Shown here: positions 19,801 through 29,900 of the stretch, piece after piece
How positions within the stretch are numbered: the stretch's first letter is position 1
Layout: each line of letters starts with the position of its first letter
From: an uncultured virus (IMG/VR IMGVR_UViG_3300020469_000014)
Lineage: Duplodnaviria; Heunggongvirae; Uroviricota; Caudoviricetes
IMG/VR virus record: IMGVR_UViG_3300020469_000014
Span: 1 to 64,000 of that record
Length of the DNA stretch: 64,000 bases
Reading direction: 5' to 3' (one strand)
The notes under the pieces: model-generated
Databases searched by the model: none
Told to the model about the DNA's origin: nothing
What the model saw: only the letters and a program-made list of their open reading frames with translations
Position numbers and translations under genes: made by a program

Positions 19801-22800
19801 GAGAATCCAATCTCATTAGAAGCAGCGACTCTCTTACCCTGTTGTGAAATACCACCTCTTGCATAGTTGTGATCTACTGTTGAGATACCAACATTTACAA
19901 CGTAAGTGTGATCGTCAATAATCTTATCAACAAATGTACCGCCAGCTGCGAAGTCCTCACTACTTGGAGAGTTGTTTCTAAGCCTAGGTGCAAGAATAAC
20001 ACCTTGAATCTTACCACCACCATTATAGAAACTAGGTGTTGTTGAAGGTCCTACTTGAATCTCAATATTTTGATTATCAATAACTCTATTAACGATTGAA
20101 CCATTGTAATAAGGATCACCACCTTTAGGATATACATGCGCTGTTGCATAACCGTCCTTAGAACATGTGAAGTATATCGACTCATTCTTCAACTTGACAT
20201 TTCTAGGAGCCCCAGCTGCGGTTGTAATACCATGAGCAGTAGGTAAGAACATAGTCATGATACCTACCACATCATTATAATCTGCATGGTTGATGTTGTA
20301 CTCTACTCTAGTAGAGACTCCAACGTTTACAGTTACGTTGTTTGCAGTTACAGCAGTTGGATATAGAGATGTATTGTGTGCAGGGTCAGTAACACGAGGA
20401 TATGCGTGTTCAGTAGAGTTCTGATCCATTGTGCATGTGTACACAAATCCATTTGTCGCCAAACCTACAGAAGTTGTAGTTGACAATCCATGAGACGAAT
20501 CAGTCGTCATAGTTACCAATCCACTATTAGGATCGTAAGTAGCGTTACTTATGTTGAACTTAACTCTTGATGTAATACCAACATTCATTGTGAATGTGTC
20601 AAGAGTTGAAGAAACAATACCAACCTCTACATCGTGAATAGGATCAGTGGTTCTAGGATATGTGTGATCAGTTGCATAGTTATCCTGAGCACATCTCCAT
20701 GTGTAAGAGTTAGTAGAAAGACCAACTGTATCTCTTGCAATCAACAGTGAATCTAAGTCTGCATTTTCAAAAGTATGAATATAATTACCGCCACTGATAA
20801 CTGAACTTGTACCAGCAGAAACAAAGATGTGTTCTGTTTGATTAGATGATTTACCTACATCCAGAGTGATAGTAGTATCTGTTGTAGAAGTAATCTTAAC
20901 AGAAGTGTTATAAGCAGGATCTGGACCAGATATACCACTTGCCCTTGGGTAGAAGTGATTTGTCGCATGATTATCTAAGGCACAAGTGAATTTGAATCCC
21001 CTTGTTTTGAGTTTTACACCAGTTCCTTTTTTCAGTGTATGAGACCCAATATCTACAGTCATCAACCCTGTAAATGGATCATAAGATCCACTTGTAGGAT
21101 CGTGATAAACAAGAGGTGATGTTCCTACATTGACACTAAAGTTAGTTTCATCAATACCTGTTACAGATAACCACTTTTGATCTGATGGATCTTTTGCTCT
21201 TGGGTAACTCTTGACGCTCTGTCTCTGATTCATCAGACATCTGAATCTGATAGAATCTCTCTTAAAGTTGACTCTATTACCAGTAATCATTCCATGAGAT
21301 TGATTAGTGGTGACTGTCATAATACCACTACCAGCATCGTAGGTTGCAAACTGAATTCTCTTATCGTCGTATGCACCATTAAGACCATGAACGTTGGAGA
21401 ACACAGTCATAATACCTGTGTTAGGTGTATATGCAGCAGTAGCAATACCGTAGTTTACGATTGTGGATACACCAACATTAATTGTGAGTGTGGTTGCTGA
21501 CGTAGAACCGATACCCACAGAAACGTTACCACCAATAGGATCGTAGGAACGAGGATAAGCATGTTCTGTAGCATGATCGTCTCTGTCACATGTGAATATA
21601 ATAGAACCTGTATTGATACCAACAGTGTTTCTAGCTTTCTTAAGACCACCAGTGGTTGCACTCTGGAACCAGTAAGCATTTACAATAGTAGATACACCAA
21701 CATTTACAGAGAATGTATTTACACCAACATGATAAATTGGTAACCACTCATTCAAGAATGGATCAGAGTATCTTGGATATGCCTTAGTTGCAGTATATCC
21801 ATCTTGATCACACTTGAATGAAATTGATTCCAAATCAAACTTGACATATTCACCAGCAACAAAACCATGATTAGATATGGTTGGTTCTAGTACACCAGTA
21901 CTAGAATTATACGTTGCCGTCGAAATTGTATGAGCCGAATCATTGATATAAGAGTGTCCAGCACCCACTGTCATTGTCAACTCACCTGTTGCAGGGTTGT
22001 AGACTGATGTGGAGATACCACGTTCTCTGATTGTAGATACACCGACTCTTATTTCAAAAGTGTCAGTTGTTACAGAAACGATACCAACATTAAGGTTGTT
22101 GATAGGGTCTGTAGGACGAGGATATGCGTGAACAGTTGCATAATTATCTTTAGCACACTTGAATGATATTCCACCAGTTACAACACTAACTTTTTGAGTA
22201 GGTCTTTGAATTGCACCAGTAGTAGAATTTTGATACCAGTATGGAGTGTAGTCACCACCACCAGTGATCATTGCATCTGTACCAATGCCAGACAAATTAT
22301 ATGGGTAGGCACCACCAGCAATAACAGCATCTACCGCAACACCCTGATTGGGAACAAAAGCGTACATCTGTGATGAAGTTGTAGGTCCTACATTCACAGT
22401 AAAGAGTGTTCCAGCAGCACCAACTAAGGTTACAGTTTTTTCGTAATATGGGTCACTTGGTCTTGGATAGAAGTGTTTTGTTTGATAAAAATCTTGGTCA
22501 CATTTGAATACGATAGATCCAGGCTTAAATTTGATTGACTCTCCAACTTGGAAGTCATGAAGTCTGTCAAGAGAGACAGTCATGATACCACTCTGAGGAG
22601 TGTATGCAGCAAATCTAATATTGTACTTAACCTCTGTGGTGATACCTACTTGAGTTGTAATTGTGGTTCCAGCAACACCCAAAATAGGAACAGCAGTATC
22701 GTAAGTAGGATCTTTGGATCTTGGATAGTATTTTACAAGACTGTTTCCGTCAGCATCACAAGTAAATCCTAGTGATTCTGGTTTGAATTTGAAAGTTTGT

Positions 22801-25800
22801 CCCGATATTAGATCATGAGATCCAATACTCATGGTCATAATACCTGTAGAGGGTGTGTAGTCCGCCCCAGACACGGTGTAATCTATTCTAGTTGTGATAC
22901 CAGCAAAGACTTCAAAAGTGTCTCCTGTGACGTTACTGATAGGAACCCAAGTATTGCTTAAAGTATCAGTAGTTCGTGGGTAATATTTGGTTGTTGTAAA
23001 TCCATCAAGTGAACATTTCCAACCTATAGAATCATTTGCAATTAAAACTTGATCACCATTTGAGAATCCATGAGTAGGAACAGTGATAGTCAAGATACCC
23101 ACAATCGGGTTGTAGTTAGCAGTTGTAAGTGAATGTTGACTAGGTCCTGATAAACCATGACCAGCCGATGTTACAATTAATGAACCAGTAGTGGGAGTGT
23201 AATCTGCATTAGTAGGAGTTAACGATCCACCACCAAGAATATTGACTGCATCAGTAACAGCACTATCAAAGATGTGTGCATAGTCTCCACCAGTCTTAAT
23301 AGTCTTATCATCAGAACTTACATATGTGTGTGCATAATCACCGCCTGCGAAGGTAGATGTTGCAGTTGCACCGATGAAGGAGTGTGTATAAGGTCCTCCA
23401 GTAAGTAATGCGCCATCTACTGCACGAATAAAAGTATGATCATAGTCACCACCGTAAACTAAAGCACCATTGATTGCTTCTGAGAATAGGTGAGTATATT
23501 GATCTTTAGGAGGTGCAGCACCAACATCTATTGAAAGTGCAGTACCAGCATAACCAGTAATAGGTAGAGATGTATCGTATGCAGTAGATCTACTTCTTGG
23601 ATAGTAATGGAATCTAGAACCATTGTCTAATGAACATGTAAATGCAAGACCAGATAATATAACATCCTTAGCCACTTTGTATCCATGAGGTGCAGCAGTA
23701 GTAACAGTCATAATTCCTGTTACGTTATTGTACTGAGCAGTTGATACACCTAATGAAGGGTCGTAGTCACAAGTAAATCCAATACCAGAAAGTATTACAC
23801 AATCATCCTCTGTAAGGTTGTGTCTATCTCTAGTAAAGATAGTTGCAATACCAGATGTTTGGTCGTATTCTGCACCACCAACACGAACAGATGGAGCACT
23901 TGCAAATGTGATTGCAATACCAGTTACGTTCACAAAATCATCAGTCTCCAATCCATGACCTTCGTAAGGTATGAATGAACCAATACCAGCACCTACATTC
24001 GCAGTATGGATACCAGTGGTTGTCATTGCAACACCGATATTTACTTGGAAATTAAGTGTACTTGTTACACCTACAACACCAAAGTATCTGTTTACATTTG
24101 AAGGGAATATAATATCACCAATTCCAGTACTAAATGCAATACCAGCTAACTTAACAACATTAGAAGTTGTCAATCCATGAGCAGATGCTGAGGTAATCGT
24201 AGCGATACCAGAAGTAACGTCATAATCGACTGCATTTATATTCTTTTCGTCGCCACTCTTGTTACCAAATGCAGTAACAGTTGTAATACCATTTACAGGA
24301 GTTCCTTCAAGGAATCCAACAGTCTTAGGAGCAAAGAATCCTGTTCCTCCTTCAACAATAGTGAAGTTGGTAACGATACCCGCTTCGGCTCTGTTTACAA
24401 CACCACCACCAAAATATTGATGTGGAAATGTAGAGACACCAACAAAAGCTCTGAATGTATTTGTAGTGTGGCCACTGAGAACATCAAAACCAATAACGTT
24501 TCTACCTTCCATGATTGCGGTATCAACGCCTGCTTGCACTAATCCTCCGCTAACATAGGTCAGTGGTTGCGTGCTGACACCACAATCTACCAATACATTA
24601 TTAGCATCAATTACTTCTACAATAGGATATGCGTCTTCTCTGAATAGAGTTGTAGTTATGCCATTTGTAATTTGAACTTGTTTTACAACTAAGCTTTTAC
24701 CACTGTTAGTTGCAGTTCCAATATAGTGACCACCTGATACGCTAACAGTTGCAATACCAGTTACATAATCATATCCAAACGTGTTAATATTTCTCAGTGC
24801 AGATATAGCAGTAAATGTAAATCCAGCACCTGTAATTCTAACTAAATCATTTTCAACAAATCCATGAGATGTGCCACCAGTAACAAATGTACAGATACCT
24901 GTAAACTGGTTGTAATCCGCTGTGGAGATGGCAACTGCCGATCCAGCAGATGTACCCATCTGTGCAGTAATACTTGCACCAAAACCTTGTGAAGCCCTTA
25001 CAGTGACCACTGGGGACTCTCTATATCCTTGACCCTTTCCTTCTAGTTGAATAAACTGAAGACTACCTGTTGATCCCACACCAACTCTTGCTGCAGCTTT
25101 CAGGGGTAAGTAATATCCTGAACCAGTTTGTAATCCAACTTTATTAATTCTTCCAGCTCTAGGAACTCCACTCAGGAAGTTAATCTTATTATCTGCATTG
25201 TCAACAACTTCAAAATCAAGACCAGGCGTTTGAACAACATTGTTAATCAAGATAAACGGATTGTTGTTAATGTCAACACCTGTGTTTACACTGTTGTATA
25301 AAGAAGTGACCACACCAAGGTTTTCAGACAAGTCAAACTGTGTGCCTGCAATACCTGTAAATTCTAGAGAAATATCATCAAGAATTACGTTCTTATCTTT
25401 AGGATTGAATGGATCTAATTTTCTAGAGAATAATCTACCAGAAAAAGAAGAACTAGTTTTTAATCCAATAGGTCCTGCTTGACCATATGGTGCATCAGTA
25501 AAGAAGATGTTATCATCAACGATGTTATAGTCACCAGTAAAAACAGAATATGCAGTACCAACACCATGAGAGGTAGAAATAGTACCAAAAGCACCCCTTT
25601 CCACAACAACCTGAGATTGTGTAGATGTACTGAACACTGGATAGTATCCTACTCCAGTATTAAAGATAATGACGGAGGATATTGTTCCAACACCACTAAT
25701 TACAGGAAAGAACACACCCTCTGTTAAAGGTGTGGTTGTTCCGTCGATTGTAATTTGTGGAGGATCTGTTGCAGCGTACCCTGCACCACCGTCTAAAACT

Positions 25801-25880
25801 TCAACTTGGACTACTCCATACAATGAGTTAAAAGACGGTCTTAGTAGAGCTCCTGCTCCTGGCGTGACTCTTGTTGACAT
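16878..25880 (-). CDS. Giant baseplate/fibre virion protein (3000 aa) with repeated domains and a C-terminal beta-propeller-like region
   Basis: More than 10 repeats of A.Y...TG..T.T...H...F.C..D...T.H.YPR..DP; VAVG..G.I..S.DG..W repeats at about 17640-18560; lies between gp9-like and gp8. Confidence 0.85.
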   Translation of the reverse strand: MSTRVTPGAGALLRPSFNSLYGVVQVEVLDGGAGYAATDPPQITIDGTTTPLTEGVFFPVISGVGTISSVIIFNTGVGYYPVFSTSTQSQVVVERGAFGTISTSHGVGTAYSVFTGDYNIVDDNIFFTDAPYGQAGPIGLKTSSSFSGRLFSRKLDPFNPKDKNVILDDISLEFTGIAGTQFDLSENLGVVTSLYNSVNTGVDINNNPFILINNVVQTPGLDFEVVDNADNKINFLSGVPRAGRINKVGLQTGSGYYLPLKAAARVGVGSTGSLQFIQLEGKGQGYRESPVVTVRASQGFGASITAQMGTSAGSAVAISTADYNQFTGICTFVTGGTSHGFVENDLVRITGAGFTFTAISALRNINTFGYDYVTGIATVSVSGGHYIGTATNSGKSLVVKQVQITNGITTTLFREDAYPIVEVIDANNVLVDCGVSTQPLTYVSGGLVQAGVDTAIMEGRNVIGFDVLSGHTTNTFRAFVGVSTFPHQYFGGGVVNRAEAGIVTNFTIVEGGTGFFAPKTVGFLEGTPVNGITTVTAFGNKSGDEKNINAVDYDVTSGIATITSASAHGLTTSNVVKLAGIAFSTGIGDIIFPSNVNRYFGVVGVTSTLNFQVNIGVAMTTTGIHTANVGAGIGSFIPYEGHGLETDDFVNVTGIAITFASAPSVRVGGAEYDQTSGIATIFTRDRHNLTEDDCVILSGIGFTCDYDPSLGVSTAQYNNVTGIMTVTTAAPHGYKVAKDVILSGLAFTCSLDNGSRFHYYPRSRSTAYDTSLPITGYAGTALSIDVGAAPPKDQYTHLFSEAINGALVYGGDYDHTFIRAVDGALLTGGPYTHSFIGATATSTFAGGDYAHTYVSSDDKTIKTGGDYAHIFDSAVTDAVNILGGGSLTPTNADYTPTTGSLIVTSAGHGLSGPSQHSLTTANYNPIVGILTITVPTHGFSNGDQVLIANDSIGWKCSLDGFTTTKYYPRTTDTLSNTWVPISNVTGDTFEVFAGITTRIDYTVSGADYTPSTGIMTMSIGSHDLISGQTFKFKPESLGFTCDADGNSLVKYYPRSKDPTYDTAVPILGVAGTTITTQVGITTEVKYNIRFAAYTPQSGIMTVSLDRLHDFQVGESIKFKPGSIVFKCDQDFYQTKHFYPRPSDPYYEKTVTLVGAAGTLFTVNVGPTTSSQMYAFVPNQGVAVDAVIAGGAYPYNLSGIGTDAMITGGGDYTPYWYQNSTTGAIQRPTQKVSVVTGGISFKCAKDNYATVHAYPRPTDPINNLNVGIVSVTTDTFEIRVGVSTIRERGISTSVYNPATGELTMTVGAGHSYINDSAHTISTATYNSSTGVLEPTISNHGFVAGEYVKFDLESISFKCDQDGYTATKAYPRYSDPFLNEWLPIYHVGVNTFSVNVGVSTIVNAYWFQSATTGGLKKARNTVGINTGSIIFTCDRDDHATEHAYPRSYDPIGGNVSVGIGSTSATTLTINVGVSTIVNYGIATAAYTPNTGIMTVFSNVHGLNGAYDDKRIQFATYDAGSGIMTVTTNQSHGMITGNRVNFKRDSIRFRCLMNQRQSVKSYPRAKDPSDQKWLSVTGIDETNFSVNVGTSPLVYHDPTSGSYDPFTGLMTVDIGSHTLKKGTGVKLKTRGFKFTCALDNHATNHFYPRASGISGPDPAYNTSVKITSTTDTTITLDVGKSSNQTEHIFVSAGTSSVISGGNYIHTFENADLDSLLIARDTVGLSTNSYTWRCAQDNYATDHTYPRTTDPIHDVEVGIVSSTLDTFTMNVGITSRVKFNISNATYDPNSGLVTMTTDSSHGLSTTTSVGLATNGFVYTCTMDQNSTEHAYPRVTDPAHNTSLYPTAVTANNVTVNVGVSTRVEYNINHADYNDVVGIMTMFLPTAHGITTAAGAPRNVKLKNESIYFTCSKDGYATAHVYPKGGDPYYNGSIVNRVIDNQNIEIQVGPSTTPSFYNGGGKIQGVILAPRLRNNSPSSEDFAAGGTFVDKIIDDHTYVVNVGISTVDHNYARGGISQQGKRVAASNEIGFSGFDVIEKIDAGKFRVNAGLTTEIALFKRGGRIDKPVFLDITEPAGYFNRDLEYISGNSGLGTNAVVNFRINVDGNIGEFELREEGTAYKVDEVLTVSGIATNPRVGVLTEFQLTVQELENDTFSGFYPGQFILFDDIASFFNGSRTKFTLSVTTSGVTEILSLKTLPGSDMDITNNIFIYINDILQTPQSSYTFKGSRVIFSEAPKPNSKCSVFYFRGSARDVETVEPVSSVKAGDIVQIKENKLNPADIDQFARTGKRIVASDVLETFSYDSIGIDTNTAAERPLSWEKQRQDQILSGVLISKARPGLKSKVLPTTRIIKNVGELDDKIYVNNAFPVFNAIDLLVQSERDVQIFEDSEISPGVVTSIVSTSSSISSLNIVDEGTGYKISNPTVAISSALIERKDPIFAWEFDSITGITSSIEFKSITKEDPYVAVGASSYYMNTKSGTFWERGRIGFGGTITFNGVSVGNSATGNVNVMAVGEFASMARGVSIGNSIGSWTPINLLEQRQIPAIGQVQTLDSTYTGHFNDVIWEGSRNTWVAVGAAGSIFSAVGLTTADAFSQFSGTLQNLNAVCYGQSEYVAVGNGGVILASNDGTGWGDKTSNTVFDLNDIIYDGNKFIVVGDNGTIGISTDKNFWQPWSQQLPAGTVHPATFDFAKIKFFDNFYVGISTVGDLYYSFDLANWNKRVVTQPNEIRDLVQTPYGDFASTRVIVVGSGTTNFYADPVINRATATASVTAGVITSINITDGGFGYRVGSSPPVIVQSDATKREDLFSVDAEGDFGDIVGINTWLPGSASVLPRLAFTLKSQFNDNTNLGYGYSSLNSLGVNFSGLEKGDFFTIYDSSLVVGHALTGITTSSGANQPVGMVTSGDYLGGVFRVEQITTGDAISGLVTVTCAFQPGPTPYGNNTIQVGVGTTATTDTFWGKYSWGKLLGYQNRGAGNPTSFLVNPMNGNVGLSTAAVVSRKKPLT

Positions 25881-25893
25881 TTAATCGTCTTCC

Positions 25894-26916
25894 TCAGATA
25901 ATGTTAATAGAACTGCTGCAATAGACTCTGGTAACACCAGTACTATCACGCACTATACTAAAGGTTAAAATATCATCATTTGCCGTAGACGGCGGAGGGT
26001 TGCCTCCAACCCATTTAATACCATTGGCGATTGATGCACCGTTTACTTTGCATGAGTCACCATATGTGTATCCAATTCCAGAGTTGTTGATGAGTGTAAC
26101 TGTTGATGCTTTACTATTATCAGAGTTGACATTAGTAAAGTTCCAAGAACTAACGGATGTAGTTATACCACCAAGAACAACTGTTCCTTGTGATAAGTCA
26201 AATGTGAAAGTACCGCCTGCACTTACAGTCAACTGATCACTAAAGTTTCCTACAACTTTCTCTGTAATATCAGAGTTAAAGTTGACCTGATCCATCAGTG
26301 TACTTGCACCACTTACTTGGATATCTCCTCGTACATCCAATCTACATCTGGGAGCAGTAGAACCAATACCAGTATATGCTTCATTAGTAACTACAAAAGA
26401 TTTGTTGTCAGATATATCTGCATCGGATACTCGCAATCCATGTCCATTGCCTTTTGCGACTGCCCAGATAGTTGGTCTTTGATTTGAGAATGATGCAACT
26501 TCTAGTTGTGATGTAGGTAATGAAGTTCCAATGCCGACCATACCGTCTGCTTTGATTCGGAACATCGTTGCAGCAAATCCAACTTCAATAGGACCATCTG
26601 TGATCGCACCAGGCTGTTGAATTGTTATCTTACCAATATCTGCATAACTTGACGTTACAACACCAGTTGTGTTGATATCAATATTACCAGTAACGCTCGA
26701 TGCCATACCAGCAAGAACAGATGTCGATGCAATACCAGCATTTGTGGAATACCCAGCGGTACTAGCGAAAGAAACAAAACTTACAAGGTTTGCACCATCT
26801 CCGAAAATATCGTATAGCTCGTTGAAGTTATCATTTATCTTAATAGTCCCTGCCAATAGGGTATCGCCCGTCCCATCATTAGGAGCCGAACCAGTACTAA
26901 TCCCTTGTTTAGACAT
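25894..26916 (-). CDS. gp9: Baseplate wedge tail-fibre connector, gp9/gp10 family
   Basis: N-terminus KQGI.TG..PNDGTGDTL..G.IKINDNF.ELY is the T4 gp9/gp10 signature; TATAAATA at 26938-26945. Confidence 0.7.
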   Translation of the reverse strand: MSKQGISTGSAPNDGTGDTLLAGTIKINDNFNELYDIFGDGANLVSFVSFASTAGYSTNAGIASTSVLAGMASSVTGNIDINTTGVVTSSYADIGKITIQQPGAITDGPIEVGFAATMFRIKADGMVGIGTSLPTSQLEVASFSNQRPTIWAVAKGNGHGLRVSDADISDNKSFVVTNEAYTGIGSTAPRCRLDVRGDIQVSGASTLMDQVNFNSDITEKVVGNFSDQLTVSAGGTFTFDLSQGTVVLGGITTSVSSWNFTNVNSDNSKASTVTLINNSGIGYTYGDSCKVNGASIANGIKWVGGNPPPSTANDDILTFSIVRDSTGVTRVYCSSSINII

Positions 26917-26937
26917 TACTTAAAAACGTTTTTTCTT

Positions 26938-26945
26938 TATTTATA
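26938..26945 (-). promoter_or_regulatory. Late promoter TATAAATA
   Basis: Exact consensus 22 nt upstream of ATG 26916. Confidence 0.8.
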
Positions 26946-26946
26946 G

Positions 26947-29900
26947 TTAATATGGAGGGTTATCATCGTGAGTAGCAAATGTGCTGCCACATTTAGTCAC
27001 GGTTGAGTTAACTCTCTTAGTATCATAATAGAAATCAGTATCGACTGTACTGTTTGCCAATGCAGATCTTGACTGCACAAATGTAGTGTCTCCAATTTGA
27101 TTAATTTTAATCAATTCATCATCCAGTCTGATGATGTCTCCTTTAGAAAGAGAACCAATACCAACACCGATTGCAATACCCTGATCAGTTGTTCCAACTG
27201 GGACAGAGACCTGTACTCCCAATTTCTTGTTCTTGATAGGAGTTTGAATAATATTATCAATCATAATCAAGGCCTGTTTGTTTGGATCAGCAACCTTGAG
27301 TAAGTGAGTTCCAGTTCCTAGACCTGTAAATTGGAATGGTAATGATGTAGATAAACCAGAGATTCTGAACTTAACATCATCAACCTTTTGAACAAACAAT
27401 TCATTAGGCATTACATCTGTTCCAAGTTCAACTGGACTTAAGAAGATATTATCAGTAGGTGTACTACCACCAACATATGTACCAGCAATAGAGATAACGT
27501 TAGTAGAGGCATACCCAGTACCGCCATTTATAACATCAATATTAGTAACATCCAAGTTACCATCTCTAGTGATACTGAATACGCCACCAGAACCAGTTCC
27601 ATCATTTGTCGATGGAACATTAAGATACGATGTCTGAACACCTGTTCTTGTACCAGTAACTTTTGTAACTGGGAATGTAAGATCATTAGCAGGGGTTGCA
27701 CCACCTAAATGAGTTCCAGCAATACTTACATTGTCTCCAACAAAGTATCCAGCACCACCAATAGTCAAAGTAACTGCTGTAGATATGCACAGTCCTGTAG
27801 TTTGATTAAAATCAAACTTAACTTGGAATCGTGCATCTTGACCTCTAGTGGAGATGCCAGGCAATCCACCATCAATATTTCCAAATCCATAGATCCTAAA
27901 CAAGTCGCCTGGTGGGTTAGCAGTGACTGCGGTTCCTGTAACAGGACCTGGGATCTGAACATTATATCCATTTTCAAACATTGCACTACCACCGATACCA
28001 GATGATCTGGCAGCCATGATGATGTCTTTAGTTCCTGTGGTATGAGATGTAGTTGCAATACCAATCTTAGAACCACCTTGAGTATCAAGAATTACAGTCT
28101 GTCCAGTTTGGAAGTTATGATTCTGGATACTAATGATATTTAATGCAAGATCAACATTAGCAGTTGCCGCAGAATTGTATGACTTCTTGAATACGGGTTC
28201 ACCCCCAACAGAGAGTGAGAACTGTTTACTACCAACTAGTGTTCCTGATCTATTATGAGTACCATTAAAACCAGCGGAGATATCATCTAAGTTCAAGACT
28301 TTGTTAGTCTTGTTCATAATGAAACTCTTAATTGGTCTGCCTTCTGGGAAGAAGATTCTCTGTATTGAACCATTATCCAACTGATCGTCCTCAGTTACCA
28401 TGGCAAAGTTGGTTCTCTTACCCAAGTAAATCTCATTATCAATGTTCAAGATGAGATCTACCTTTGTATCTACAGCCTTAACCTTCATATTGTTGGACTT
28501 AGCAATACCAACATTTACAAGATCTAGTGTAGTTGCATCTTTCTTAGAATCACTTTCAATAATCAAGTCCGAGAACTCTAAGAATCCTGATGGATGAACA
28601 ATAGATCTTACAGACTCTTTCCATGTGTTATATGGAAGTCTACTCTTGATTGAGTATGAGAACTTTTGGAAGTAGAAGTTATCCGATAATCTTTGACTGA
28701 AATCGTTGAGGATTCCAATGTTCATGTCATTCTTAGTAACCTTATCTCTAGTAACGCCGAGAGTTGTTCTAACACTAAATCTGTTTACATCTCTTACGTT
28801 ACCTTTTAGACCAGAAACTTCACCAACTAATGTGTCACCAGATCTGAGAGTTCCGATAGTGTCTCTCAATCTAAGTTGACTAATCTTACCTTGCCAACCA
28901 CCTTCTGCAACAAATCCCTCAAATCTATTGGATGTAACTTTTTCACCAGATAGGAACTTAGCATCGTCAATGATTGTCATGTTGAACTTCGCCATATCAT
29001 TGAAGTTCACAATAGATCCTAAAGTGAAGTCATCATCATAAGAACCAAGTGTGACCGTAGAAATGCCAGGAGCATTTCCCATGTCAAATGTAACAGTTGA
29101 ATTTGTGGTATTAATCCCAGTTACGGTATAGAACGCAAAGTCATAAACATCAGAGTTGAAGTTACCTTCTCCATTTGCAAGTGAAGCTGGTTTGATTCTA
29201 CAGTTCTCAACAAATACCTTATCACCAACATTAAATGGTAACTTGACATCTGTAGATCCATAGCCTGTTGTTACGGGAAGATTGAACTGTGGATCTAAAA
29301 GAAGTTCAACTGTAACACTTGTACCACTATGAGTGATAGCATCAATGTCATAACCATTGGAGTTGTTTGTTGTAATGACACTAAGTGGTTCAGTGAATTC
29401 AAAAGCATTTTCTAAGATGTCAACTTTATCAACTGATCCACCTTTAACAGTCGCAACAATTTTTACTCTGTTATTACCACGAACTGCAAGTGTGGGAGGT
29501 TGGTTGTATCTTGTACCACCGTCAACCACTTGAATCTCATCCATTCTTGCAATACCGCTGATATCAACGATTGCAGGGACGCTTAGGAAGGGAAGTAGAG
29601 TAGGATCAGTAGGATAGTCAAATCCATCTTTGATTCTTTCAATAATGTCAATTTGACCAATCTCAGGAGATGAAACTTTGACAATACCATCTTTACCTTG
29701 TGTACTAGCAAAACCAATGACTCTAGGAAGAATAGTGTATCCTTTGCCTGGAAAATTAATCTTGGTAGATTTAATAGGTCCTCTAGCATTACTAGAAGCA
29801 GTGCTATATGTGATTGTACTTACACCAACTCTGGATATGAGTCTTTGAGGTGCAGTTGGTTTTTCCTTCAAGTTAAAGGTAAATGCCTTATCATCTTTTC

